Below are positions 16,998 to 25,722 of a stretch of DNA of 34,434 bases, piece after piece. The stretch spans positions 1 to 34,434 of the forward strand of contig JBMFIM010000009.1 in the NCBI GenBank assembly GCA_049976305.1, written 5' to 3'. Below the pieces are notes generated by a model. The model was not told the DNA's origin. It worked only from the letters and a program-made list of their open reading frames with translations, and made no database searches. The translations under genes and the position numbers were made by a program. This DNA is from Candidatus Micrarchaeia archaeon (GTDB lineage Archaea; Micrarchaeota; Micrarchaeia; Micrarchaeales; CABMGC01). How positions within the stretch are numbered: the first letter of the stretch is position 1; the number at the start of each line of letters is the position of its first letter.

Positions 16998-18734
16998 TCA
17001 CCTCCTAGACTTGAAAAGCTTAAGCAGTTTGTCAAGCGGATATGTGTTTATAACCTCATCCTTGGTAAGCCACCCTCGTCTTGCAGTGCCCACGCCATAG
17101 CGCATAAACTCCAAATGGGCTGTTCTATGCGAGTCTGTGCCTATAGAGAACAGCAGCTTATAGCTTCTTGCCTTAAGTATGTTTTCATCGTTGAGGTCAA
17201 GCCTGTTTGGAAAAGCGTTAATTTCCATCACCACTTTATTGTCGGCTGCGGCCTGGAACACTGTATCGAGGTCGAAAGCCATCGGTTCGCGTTCGTTTAT
17301 AAGCCTGCCCGTAGGATGCGCCAATATGTCTACATAGCCCGAGCTCAGTGCCTTCACTATCCTTTTAGTAAGCTCCTCCTTGCTCATGTTCGTGTTTGTG
17401 TGCACAGCGCCAATTACATAATCCATTTTCTCGAGTGTGCTGGGCTTCAGGTCAAGACTTCCATCTTTCAAAATATCCACCTCTCCACTTTTCAATATCT
17501 TTATCTTGCCTTCGTATTTCTCATTCAGCTTGTCGACCTCTTCAAATAGCTTCTCATACGCTACGTCATCAAGTCCTTTTGCAACGTGCTCGCTCTTTGA
17601 ATGGTCTGAATTTCCTATGTACTTCCTTCCAAGTTTGATTGCTGCCTGGACCATTTCCTCCAGCGTGTTTGCGCCGTCTGTATGGTTTGTGTGCGTGTGG
17701 AGGTCACCTTGAATATCTTGCAAAGTGATGAGCTTAGGAAGCTTATGCTCCATTGCGAGCTCTATTTCTCCTCTATCTTCACGCATCTCAGGCTCTACAT
17801 AGTCAAGGCCGAGAAGTCTGTAGATTTCTTGCTCCTCCTTGTTTGCTACAAGGTTCTTGTTATTCTTATCAAAAAGCCCATATTCGTTAAGCTTGTATCC
17901 CTTCTTTATTGCTATCTCTCTTAACTTTATGTTGTGGTTCTTGCTGCCAGTGAAGTACTGCATAGCTGCGCCAAAGCTTTCAGGTTCTATCACCCTAAAA
18001 TCGCAGCTTAATCCTATCTTCAGCCATACTGTTGTTTTTGTAGGGCCTTTTACTACTATGTGGTCCACTTCGGGCAGATTTGTGACAAAATCCATGACTT
18101 CTAAGTTCTTTCTAGAAATTACTAATATGTCAAGGTCTCCTACAGTCTCGCGCATCCTTCTTGTAGACCCACAGATAGCTACTCTTTCTACCAGGCCGGA
18201 CTTGAGAAGCTTGTCTCTGAGTGTCTCGGCTTCAGGCAATGCAGTACCGAGAAGCATTCTACCGCTGCTCTGCTCGAGCAGCGCTATACCCTTAGCTATC
18301 TCCTCCTCGCTCTTCTCTCCAAATCCCTCAACATTTCTGATTTTATGCTCTTCTACTGCTTTTTTGAGGTCTTCGAGATTTCTTATGCCGAGAGCCTTGT
18401 AAAGCTTGTATGCCTTCTTGGCGCCCATGCCTTGTATCTTTGTCAGGCTTGCGAAGTCTATTGGAAACTTTTTCTTCAACTCCTCATACTTTTGTATTTT
18501 GCCAGTTTTGAGATACTCAACGATCCTTTCCGCTATGGTCTTGCCGACCCCGGGAAGCTTGGTAAGGCCCTCAATGCCTTCCTTTGCATATATTTCGCCA
18601 ACGTCCTGTTGCATCGTGCCTATCGTCAACGCTGCCTTTCTGTAGGCAAGAGGCTCGAACCTGTTCGCCTTGGAGTCGAGCTCGAGCATGTCTGCGATTT
18701 CTTCAAACAGCTCTGCTATCTTGGAATTTTCCAC
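16998..18734 (-). CDS. polX: DNA polymerase X with C-terminal PHP domain
   Basis: HhH LPGVGK, GSTRR, GDLDIL, CDFRV, YFTGSK.HN, LNEYG; PHP DLHTHT, SDHS, AHPTGR, GTDSH. Confidence 0.96.
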   Translation of the reverse strand: MENSKIAELFEEIADMLELDSKANRFEPLAYRKAALTIGTMQQDVGEIYAKEGIEGLTKLPGVGKTIAERIVEYLKTGKIQKYEELKKKFPIDFASLTKIQGMGAKKAYKLYKALGIRNLEDLKKAVEEHKIRNVEGFGEKSEEEIAKGIALLEQSSGRMLLGTALPEAETLRDKLLKSGLVERVAICGSTRRMRETVGDLDILVISRKNLEVMDFVTNLPEVDHIVVKGPTKTTVWLKIGLSCDFRVIEPESFGAAMQYFTGSKNHNIKLREIAIKKGYKLNEYGLFDKNNKNLVANKEEQEIYRLLGLDYVEPEMREDRGEIELAMEHKLPKLITLQDIQGDLHTHTNHTDGANTLEEMVQAAIKLGRKYIGNSDHSKSEHVAKGLDDVAYEKLFEEVDKLNEKYEGKIKILKSGEVDILKDGSLDLKPSTLEKMDYVIGAVHTNTNMSKEELTKRIVKALSSGYVDILAHPTGRLINEREPMAFDLDTVFQAAADNKVVMEINAFPNRLDLNDENILKARSYKLLFSIGTDSHRTAHLEFMRYGVGTARRGWLTKDEVINTYPLDKLLKLFKSRR

Positions 18735-18962
18735 AAATAAGAAGTATCATTCAGATTTAATAATTGTTTCTTGTGTGCTTTCAGCCTCATAATCCCCAAT
18801 CGGTTAATGGTTAATGTCAAATAAAAAGTATCTTTGCTCTTCTACTTGCTTGTTCCTGTGTTGATGCTTTGCTTGTAAGATAGCCGGATAACTGATACCG
18901 TTTCCGAAGTAAAACATTATTAAACTTTTCTGAGATTAATGTAAGAGGAGACCGGTGGTAAA

Positions 18963-19217
18963 ATGGTAAAATATGTGATTGCGGAGCAGCTTATTGGCAA
19001 GGAGGTAATAACTTCTGACGGCATAGACATAGGCAAGTTTTTGGATGCTGAGCTTAACGAGGTAACAGGAAAGCTCACGCACCTGGTAGTAGAGCCAAAT
19101 CCAGACAGCGATTTTGTAAAGAAGCTTGATGTCAAGGAAGGCAAGCTGAGAGTGCCGTATGAGAGCGTGATGGCGGTAAACGACTATATTATCGTTGACA
19201 GGAAGGGTCTTGCCTGA
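18963..19217 (+). CDS. PRC-barrel domain protein (CdpB-like)
   Basis: LIGKEVITSDG..IG, D......TGKL..LVVEP, VPYESVMAVNDYIIV. Confidence 0.88.
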   Translation: MVKYVIAEQLIGKEVITSDGIDIGKFLDAELNEVTGKLTHLVVEPNPDSDFVKKLDVKEGKLRVPYESVMAVNDYIIVDRKGLA

Positions 19218-19292
19218 CCTTCTTTTCTCTTTTTCTTTCTTAATAGTGTTAGGAATAAATACTTTGGCGCTTATTCTTCTTTTGGTGTTAGC

Positions 19293-19991
19293 ATCATAAT
19301 AGCAGGCGGAGACGAAGCAGGAAGAGGCTCAGTAATAGGGCCCCTTGTCGTAAGCCTAGTGGCGATCGGCAAGAACAAGGAGAAGAGGCTCGCAGATATA
19401 GGTGTTAGGGACTCTAAGCAGCTTACTCCGAGGCAGCGCGAATTTTTGTTTGGAGAAATATACAAGATTGCAGAGGAAATAGGCTATTATGTGATAACAA
19501 ACGAGGAGATAAACGCGGCGATGAGAAACGGTATATCGCTGAACGAGCTAGAAGCCATGCATTTTTCAAAGCTGCTTGACTCTCTCAATTCTCGCATTTC
19601 TAAGCTCTATATAGACTCGCCTGACGTAATACCTGGAAGGTTTGGCACGCGCATAAGTATGTATTCCAAAAAGCCTGTAGCTTCAGTCGGCGTAAAGGTA
19701 AAGGCAGAGGAAGAGCCTATCAGGGTCATAGCAGAGCACAAGGCAGATGTGCGATATCCTATAGTCTCAGCAGCGAGCATAGTTGCGAAGGTAATCAGGG
19801 ACAGGGAGATCGAAAGGATAAAGCAAGAGCTAGGTATAGATTTCGGCTCTGGATATCCTTCCGACAAGCTTACTCGGCAGGCTTTGAAAAGCAACCTCTC
19901 CAATGCAGAATTTCAGGGTTTTGTAAGGCAGAAGTGGCGCACACTGCAGGAGATAAGGCAAAGCCACATAGAAGAATTCTTCCAAGGCTGA
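19293..19991 (+). CDS. rnhB: Ribonuclease HII (proposed ATC or ATA start)
   Basis: The catalytic IIAGGDEAGRGSVIGP (about 19296-19343) lies upstream of the first canonical start, GTG 19359. Also DSKQL, YIDSPD, HKAD, SAASIVAKV.RD, GSGYPSD. Confidence 0.92.
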   Translation: MIIAGGDEAGRGSVIGPLVVSLVAIGKNKEKRLADIGVRDSKQLTPRQREFLFGEIYKIAEEIGYYVITNEEINAAMRNGISLNELEAMHFSKLLDSLNSRISKLYIDSPDVIPGRFGTRISMYSKKPVASVGVKVKAEEEPIRVIAEHKADVRYPIVSAASIVAKVIRDREIERIKQELGIDFGSGYPSDKLTRQALKSNLSNAEFQGFVRQKWRTLQEIRQSHIEEFFQG

Positions 19992-20000
19992 TTTCTATTT

Positions 20001-20417
20001 CTAGCTAACCTCCAGTATCGCCCTTTTTCTAACAGCATTAAGCACGTGGCCGTAGTCTAGATAATGAATGAACGCGGTTAGAGAAAGAGTGTATTCGCCT
20101 TTATCTGTTCCTGCGTCGCCGTAAACATCAGCAAAGACCTGCTTTTCCTCGCCCGGCGCGAGCATCCCAAGCCTAAGCTCTTTTTCCTTCGTTATGCCCG
20201 TATCGTCAAGGCTTAGCCCTTTTGGCACTTCAACAACTACTGAAGTAAGCGTGGGCTCGTTTGTCAAATTCTTTACTCTTATAAACATCCTGACGCTGTT
20301 CTTTCTGTTTGCATAGAGCCTATATGGTACAAATTCCGACATTACCCTATAAGGCACTTCTTTAGTAATTTCTTCTGACGCGTCCTTTTTGCCAAAGAGC
20401 CCAAACAGCTTTGCCAT
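20001..20417 (-). CDS. Hypothetical beta-sandwich-like protein
   Basis: ATG 20417 with GGCGA upstream; alternating beta pattern with VKN.T and L.PGEEK, reminiscent of Ig-like folds. Confidence 0.7.
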   Translation of the reverse strand: MAKLFGLFGKKDASEEITKEVPYRVMSEFVPYRLYANRKNSVRMFIRVKNLTNEPTLTSVVVEVPKGLSLDDTGITKEKELRLGMLAPGEEKQVFADVYGDAGTDKGEYTLSLTAFIHYLDYGHVLNAVRKRAILEVS

Positions 20418-20537
20418 CTGATCGCCCAATATCAACTAGTAAACAAAATATTTTAAGCTTAGTGATTTTGGACTTGGCTCGCTCGCCAGCATTCTCGCTA
20501 CCGCTAGGCTGGGCATTTATCTTTTGCAGAGATCGTG

Positions 20538-20813
20538 TTACTCTTTTATCGATTCCAGCATGCTCAGCAAATTCCAAATCGCTGTTCTTGCATAAGGCGG
20601 CAGGTTTACGTCGTTGCTTACCTCGTCTATCTTGTAGATCGCCGTAGAAGCCCTAACAGAATACGCATCTTCTTCTTTCTGCAAAGCCTTTTTAGCCTCG
20701 TCAAGCGCGTTTTTCACGTTTCTAGGCACGCTGGTATCATTAAGCAACAAGTCGATTTGCTGCTTGATCTGCTCAATAAGCTCATCGTACTTTGTGTTTT
20801 TTCCGTTTGCCAT
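20538..20813 (-). CDS. UPF0147 family protein
   Basis: DTSVPRNV, DEVSNDVNLP.YART.IWN..S.LE. Confidence 0.9.
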   Translation of the reverse strand: MANGKNTKYDELIEQIKQQIDLLLNDTSVPRNVKNALDEAKKALQKEEDAYSVRASTAIYKIDEVSNDVNLPPYARTAIWNLLSMLESIKE

Positions 20814-20832
20814 AAGATCGCCTCTTTTAATG

Positions 20833-20927
20833 CGGGCCCGGTGGGAGTCGCATAAGCAAGGCTTATTTTGAACCCACGGCCATCAGCTTAGAAGGCTGCC
20901 GCTCTGTCCAAGCTGAGCTACGGGCCC
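20833..20927 (-). tRNA. tRNA-Arg(UCU) with a 20-nt intron at 59/60 (intron 20847-20866)
   Basis: Minus strand GGGCCCG TA GCTC AGCTTGGACA GAGC G GCAGC CTTCTAA GCTGA TGGCC GTGGG TTCAAA [ATAAGCCTTGCTTATGCGAC] T CCCAC CGGGCCC G; anticodon at 20890-20892; G27-A43 mismatch. Confidence 0.93.
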
Positions 20928-21649
20928 TGAACAATATTTATGTTGAAGAGGTTTCTAATATTTTGCGTTATTGCATCAGCAGCACTTTCCACGCTAACAC
21001 CCTTTATTCTTGCAATAATCCCAACAGCCTTCAAGACCTCACTAGGCTCTTTACCTGCAAATGGCGAATCTGTTTCTGTTAATATATTGCTTAGCGAGAG
21101 CATCTTTATAATCCTATTCCTTCTTGAGCTCTCCAAAGGAGGAAAAGAAAGTAAGTAACCCATGTTAGCAAGTTCAATTGCTTGTTTTTCATCTCCTTCG
21201 AAGAAGTGCAGCATTGCCTTCTCAACTTTCTCTTCTTTGAGTATCTCTATTACCCTGTCTATCATTTGCCTTGAATGCACCACTATCGGCATGCCAAACT
21301 CTTTTGCAAGTTTTATTTGCTCTCTAAATACCTCTTCTTGCTTCTTCACGCTGCATTCTACCTTCGCATCAAGGCCTATTTCGCCAATCCCTACTACTTT
21401 TCCTTTGTTTTCTTTTACCTTTTCTTTCATCCACTCTGCATAATCTGTTTCTTTGCATGCAAAATCAGGCCCAACGCCTATTGTGGCAAATATGTGCTTG
21501 CCGTCTGCAAGCTCTATGCACTCCTCGCTATCTTTCAAGCTGTCTCCAGAGCAGATTATTACCGCTACGCCTTTTTCCAACGCTGCGCTTATTGCCTCTT
21601 TTGGATTCTTGGCCAAGTTGATATGGCAATGTGCATCTACGAGCAGCAT
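20918..21649 (-). CDS. tatD: TatD family nuclease
   Basis: LVDAHCH, VGIGEIGLD, VVHSR, MLHFF, LTETDSP; ATG 21649 follows the upstream stop. Confidence 0.92.
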   Translation of the reverse strand: MLLVDAHCHINLAKNPKEAISAALEKGVAVIICSGDSLKDSEECIELADGKHIFATIGVGPDFACKETDYAEWMKEKVKENKGKVVGIGEIGLDAKVECSVKKQEEVFREQIKLAKEFGMPIVVHSRQMIDRVIEILKEEKVEKAMLHFFEGDEKQAIELANMGYLLSFPPLESSRRNRIIKMLSLSNILTETDSPFAGKEPSEVLKAVGIIARIKGVSVESAADAITQNIRNLFNINIVQGP

Positions 21650-21653
21650 ATAA

Positions 21654-23486
21654 TCAGCCACAAACCGGGTTAGAGACGTAGTAATAGTTGCTTGAGTAAA
21701 AGGCAGCATATGCACATTTGGCTTTGGAGATATTAGCTACTGCAACAAAGTTGTAAGTTCCAGTGCCATTGAGCAGTATTTTGTTTGTGTTCGCATAGCA
21801 TGTATCCGTGTTGCATAGTTCTTGCTTCAGTTTCCCCTTTGGCAAAAGTATTGTTTGATTAACCAGGCCAAATTCATATGCGTGGGTTGCATTAATTACT
21901 CCGATAAAAGCATAGACTGTTTTATTGCCTGTTACTGAGTATCTGAGCGTGCCTGTTATTAAGGAAGTGCCGTTAATTGATCGCAGCGATTGATTCGTAA
22001 GTTCGATGTTAAAGCCTTTCAAATAGGCGGTGTGCGCTCGAATAATAAGAAAAAGCGCTAAGCTCACAATCAAGGCCACAATGATGAAAAAGTCGCGCTT
22101 GTTTTTTCTTATTGCTTTAGTTAGTATACCTTTTTTCCTCTTTTCTTCTGCTTCGAACAGCGCAAACGCAAAGAGGACGCCAAACATAGTGTAGTAAGTT
22201 ACTATAGACCTGTCAAACAGTAAGAAGACAAGCATGCTGAAGAGGAATACCATGGGCTTTCTATTGTGGTAAAGGAGCAAAAGGCTGAAAACAAGTAAAT
22301 ATAGGCCGAAAAGAAGAGGGTAAACAGAAACATCTACGCCCAACAATTTTATAAGCGCAAAACCGATTGGCGAGGTATTAGATGGCAAAGGCTGGTAAAG
22401 CGGCATGAACATGCTTGCAAAAAAAGCGCCAGGCTTTGATGCAATGAACCACGCACTTATTGCGAGAAACACGCCGATTGCCCCGGCAAACTGCTTTGCC
22501 GCATGCTTCACGCCCTTCTCGTTAGCTAGATAGACAAGCATAAACATAACTGGTACCCACAAGAGCTCCTGCAACGAAATTGCTACGCCTATAAAGAGCC
22601 AAGCATATTTAGACTCGAGTTTTGAATATGCAAGCAGTAATACAGCTACAAGAAGCATATCCATAACCGCAGAAACCAACACAATTGATACTGCTACGAC
22701 AAAAGCAAAGGGAAGCGATAGCGGCGCTAAAGATCTGCTGCTCTTCCTCACCAAGAACAAAGTAGCTAAAAAGAAGAAAAGATAAAAGCCATACGAAACA
22801 AGAAAGCTTGCTTCAGCATTGCCGTGCGAGATTATGTAGAATGGGGCATATGCAAGCAGGAACAACGGAGGATATTGTAGGTTTCCAAGAATTGTGTTTT
22901 GCAGGCTGACAGTAGGCAAAAAGCGAGAGCTGTTCGAAAGAAGTTGGCTGGAGAAAGAAACTGCATAAGGATTGACTCCCCTGAGCAGTAGCTGTGTAGC
23001 TTTTACTACTATGAACATTTCGTCGTCTTCCCCCATTCCTTTGAGAACAAGCATAGTGCCAAATAAAAGCATTATCACTACAAAGGCAGAAAATAAAAGT
23101 ACGGCAAAAGCGCTCTTGTTTTTCTTTGCGAAGTAGGCTGCAAGCGAAAGCATAAAGAACGTTGCAAACAACTCCACGAAGAATACGAGCGAGACTATGC
23201 CCCAAATTACGGTGGCTTTTATGAATTGTACCGCAGCATGCGAAACAAAAATTGCAAAACCAAGCAACGCAATTGCTATTATAAAAAGTAGATGGGTGTT
23301 TTTGTGCTTTGGAGGTTCAAGCGAAAAATAGTAAAAATAAGCGGATGTTAGCACTGCAAAAAGCACAAATATAATATAGCTTAGTAAAGAGAATAGCGGG
23401 AGAATGTATGCTGTGATTTCAAAACTGAAAAACAGAAAAAGCAACAATGAAAATTCAAACTTTTCCTTAACTAGCCCTTGTAGCAT
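21654..23486 (-). CDS. Multi-pass membrane protein, possible GT-C fold glycosyltransferase
   Basis: Many TM segments; acidic EDDE after a TM, G.NPY and YPPL motifs; C-terminal extracellular domain with N-x-S/T sites and cysteines. Confidence 0.6.
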   Translation of the reverse strand: MLQGLVKEKFEFSLLLFLFFSFEITAYILPLFSLLSYIIFVLFAVLTSAYFYYFSLEPPKHKNTHLLFIIAIALLGFAIFVSHAAVQFIKATVIWGIVSLVFFVELFATFFMLSLAAYFAKKNKSAFAVLLFSAFVVIMLLFGTMLVLKGMGEDDEMFIVVKATQLLLRGVNPYAVSFSSQLLSNSSRFLPTVSLQNTILGNLQYPPLFLLAYAPFYIISHGNAEASFLVSYGFYLFFFLATLFLVRKSSRSLAPLSLPFAFVVAVSIVLVSAVMDMLLVAVLLLAYSKLESKYAWLFIGVAISLQELLWVPVMFMLVYLANEKGVKHAAKQFAGAIGVFLAISAWFIASKPGAFFASMFMPLYQPLPSNTSPIGFALIKLLGVDVSVYPLLFGLYLLVFSLLLLYHNRKPMVFLFSMLVFLLFDRSIVTYYTMFGVLFAFALFEAEEKRKKGILTKAIRKNKRDFFIIVALIVSLALFLIIRAHTAYLKGFNIELTNQSLRSINGTSLITGTLRYSVTGNKTVYAFIGVINATHAYEFGLVNQTILLPKGKLKQELCNTDTCYANTNKILLNGTGTYNFVAVANISKAKCAYAAFYSSNYYYVSNPVCG

Positions 23487-23506
23487 TCATATACCGGCCA
23501 CTTTTC

Positions 23507-23893
23507 TCATGGGCAGCTTACCTTTACTCCAGCGCTACCAGCAGCCACACCCAAACCTGTTATCATTGAAACAAGAGGCTGTGCGATTATGAATATTATT
23601 ACAGCTACTACTCCTGCAAAAAGCATACCCATTGCCCATCCTTGTATGCTGCTCCTAAGATTACCAGTTGAAGGCAGGAAGTGACCTACAGCATAAAGGA
23701 CGCCACCAAGTATAAACAGCACTACGGCGAGTACTCCTACTATTGCCCTTACAAAACCTACTATGCCGCAAAGAAGTGAAAGAACTGATGCCTGTAAAGA
23801 GGAGGATTGTGCAGCAGTTACAACACCTGTTGCCAAGGTAATTGCTGCTAGTATATAGATTGCCTTTCTAAAGTCCCAAGCCAGCAAATTCAT
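23507..23893 (-). CDS. Small membrane protein, VirB2/TrbC pilin-like
   Basis: Signal peptide, two hydrophobic helices separated by a short polar loop, two Cys. ATG 23893 is preferred over 23914 because TTTAAATA (23921-23928, minus strand) lies about 28 nt upstream. Confidence 0.6.
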   Translation of the reverse strand: MNLLAWDFRKAIYILAAITLATGVVTAAQSSSLQASVLSLLCGIVGFVRAIVGVLAVVLFILGGVLYAVGHFLPSTGNLRSSIQGWAMGMLFAGVVAVIIFIIAQPLVSMITGLGVAAGSAGVKVSCP

Positions 23894-24287
23894 AACACCA
23901 CAATATCTTCTCATCTTTCGTATTTAAATATTTTACCTTTTCGCCTACGCACCTATGCAGGTAGTGCCATATTCGGTTGATCAACGATGTCAGACATATT
24001 AAACGAGTTGAGTTTGGGTAATCAATAAAAACGAGTGATAGTTAAGTATAAATAGCTTAGAAACTGTTATGGCGGTCAACAACTATTTGGCTTAGCACGA
24101 AATTTTTAACCTCTTCTAATTCGGGCAGAGGGGAAGACGCTCAGGGAGAGAGTGTAAGACCTCAACATGTTTACGGTGGGTGTCACAAGCACATAATGTT
24201 AAGATATTTATACTTTTCTATAAATATGACGACACCAATTGACATATATGCTTTATTTATCGCCAAGATTATTTAGCTCTCTTGGGG

Positions 24288-25208
24288 TTACGATACTGTC
24301 GCTACAAGCCCGTCAATTATTCCCTTTACACCTATGCCCCCTGTAGCCCTTACTACTATTCTGTGGCTAAGCACGGGCTTTGCCAGCGCTTTTATGTCTT
24401 CTATGCTTACCTCTCTTCTGCCATATATTAGTGCCCGCGCCTTGCCGCAAAGCATAAAGGCGATGTCTGCCCTAGGGCTTGCTCCCATAACCACGTGTAT
24501 GTCATTCCTTGTAGCAGCAACAAGCTTGGTAATGTAGTCCGCCACTTCTTCAGGCATCTTTACCTGCTTAATCGCTTCTTGTAGCTGTATAACTTGGAGA
24601 GTGTCGATAACGGGTTTTATTTCTTGCTGCACAGCTTCCTGTTCCTTCAGTCTTAGCATCTCCTTCTCTTCCTCTTGGCTTACATAGCCGACATCAATCT
24701 TTACAAGAAACCTGTCTGCAAGGACCTTTGGTATAGGCACTGTGCCTTCTATGTTGAGCGGGTTCTGGGTTGCAAAGGCTATGAAAGGTTTCAGCAAGGG
24801 CAAAGTTTGGTTTCCTATTGACACCTGCCTTTCTGCAAGGGTTTCAAGGAATGCGCTCATAGTCTTTGGCTGCATCCTGTTTATCTCGTCTACAAGCAGT
24901 ATGTTTGTGAAGATGGGGCCTTTTGCGATCTTTACCTCGCCTCCTTCCAGATATGTAAAGCCGATTATGTCCCTGGGCTCCAAGTCTGGCGTGCCTTGTA
25001 TTCTCTTGAAATCTGCCTGTATAGTGCTTGCAAGGGCCTTTGCCATAGTTGTCTTTGCAACGCCAGGCACGCCTTCCAGAAGCGCATGGCCATTTGCTAG
25101 GAGAGAAATGAACATAAGCTCGATTACTTGTTCATTGCCTGAAATCTGCTTTTTCACTTCTCTAAGCACTGCTTGGTATATTTCTCTGGGCTCCAACAAA
25201 AGCACCAA
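24288..25208 (-). CDS. moxR: MoxR family AAA+ ATPase
   Basis: HALLEGVPGVAKT, RIQGTPDL.P.DI.G, GPIFTNILLVDEINR, ATQNP, DRF, GASPR, VLSHRI; exact start uncertain (25208-25196). Confidence 0.93.
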   Translation of the reverse strand: MVLLLEPREIYQAVLREVKKQISGNEQVIELMFISLLANGHALLEGVPGVAKTTMAKALASTIQADFKRIQGTPDLEPRDIIGFTYLEGGEVKIAKGPIFTNILLVDEINRMQPKTMSAFLETLAERQVSIGNQTLPLLKPFIAFATQNPLNIEGTVPIPKVLADRFLVKIDVGYVSQEEEKEMLRLKEQEAVQQEIKPVIDTLQVIQLQEAIKQVKMPEEVADYITKLVAATRNDIHVVMGASPRADIAFMLCGKARALIYGRREVSIEDIKALAKPVLSHRIVVRATGGIGVKGIIDGLVATVS

Positions 25209-25251
25209 GAATAAGCAGGCATTCTAAACTTTTATACCTAACGCTTTGCGC

Positions 25252-25722
25252 TTACACCTTCTTGCCTTCTTGCTGTATGCTCTCCTCGCTTATCCCCAGA
25301 CCGGTTATGCCTGCAAGCTTGTCAAGCAGCTCCTCTGACTTTTCCACAGGCCCTGCGCACATAATTATTCTGTCCGCCTCACCTGCGCCTACTATCTCTC
25401 TTATGAAAGCCCTTTCATCTTCGCTTACCATTTCGTGTGCATCGGTATAGACAAAGGCATCGGCGTCTCTTATGTTGCCTATTATGCTTTCCATGCTCTT
25501 TATTGCGTTTGCTTTTGCGTTAAGTGCCAGCACCCGGCCGCCTTTGCTGATTACGTTTTGTATCTCAGGCCTTTTTGTATTAACGAAAGCGCTGGTAACG
25601 TCAAAAAGAAGAGTGCGAGCATGTCTCTGCTTTCTGACATAGTTTGTAGCCGGCCTGTCAAATTTCTGTATTAAAATGCCCACCGCAACCAATGCAGCGA
25701 TTGCTATGTAATAAGGTTTTAT
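25252..25722 (-). CDS. Membrane-anchored protein with a possible degenerate vWA-like domain (start uncertain: ATA 25722, ATG 25767, or N-terminally truncated)
   Basis: KPYYIAIAALVAVGILI anchor, DRP...TLLFDVTSAF and AFVYTDA motifs; directly upstream of moxR on the same strand. Confidence 0.55.
   Translation of the reverse strand: MKPYYIAIAALVAVGILIQKFDRPATNYVRKQRHARTLLFDVTSAFVNTKRPEIQNVISKGGRVLALNAKANAIKSMESIIGNIRDADAFVYTDAHEMVSEDERAFIREIVGAGEADRIIMCAGPVEKSEELLDKLAGITGLGISEESIQQEGKKV

Noticed and set aside
16863..18740. Long + strand ORFs (228, 187 and 131 aa)
   Set aside because: Antisense to polX and the DHFR-like gene; no motifs, and composition typical of shadow frames.
18735..18962. 228-bp gap with a GGTTAAT tandem repeat
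   Set aside because: Explained by divergent promoters; no C/D boxes, strong hairpin or credible ORF found.
15100..20927. tRNA genes as integration sites of a mobile element
   Set aside because: No integrase and no duplicated tRNA half seen; similarity between the Lys and Arg 3' ends is ordinary tRNA conservation.
24128..24167. Hairpin followed by ACA, as a possible H/ACA guide RNA
   Set aside because: The pocket-to-ACA distance is about 9 nt rather than 14-16 and no clear K-turn is present; kept only as part of the intergenic finding.
23930..24287. Possible replication origin
   Set aside because: No recognisable ORB repeats and no cdc6/orc1 gene in the window.
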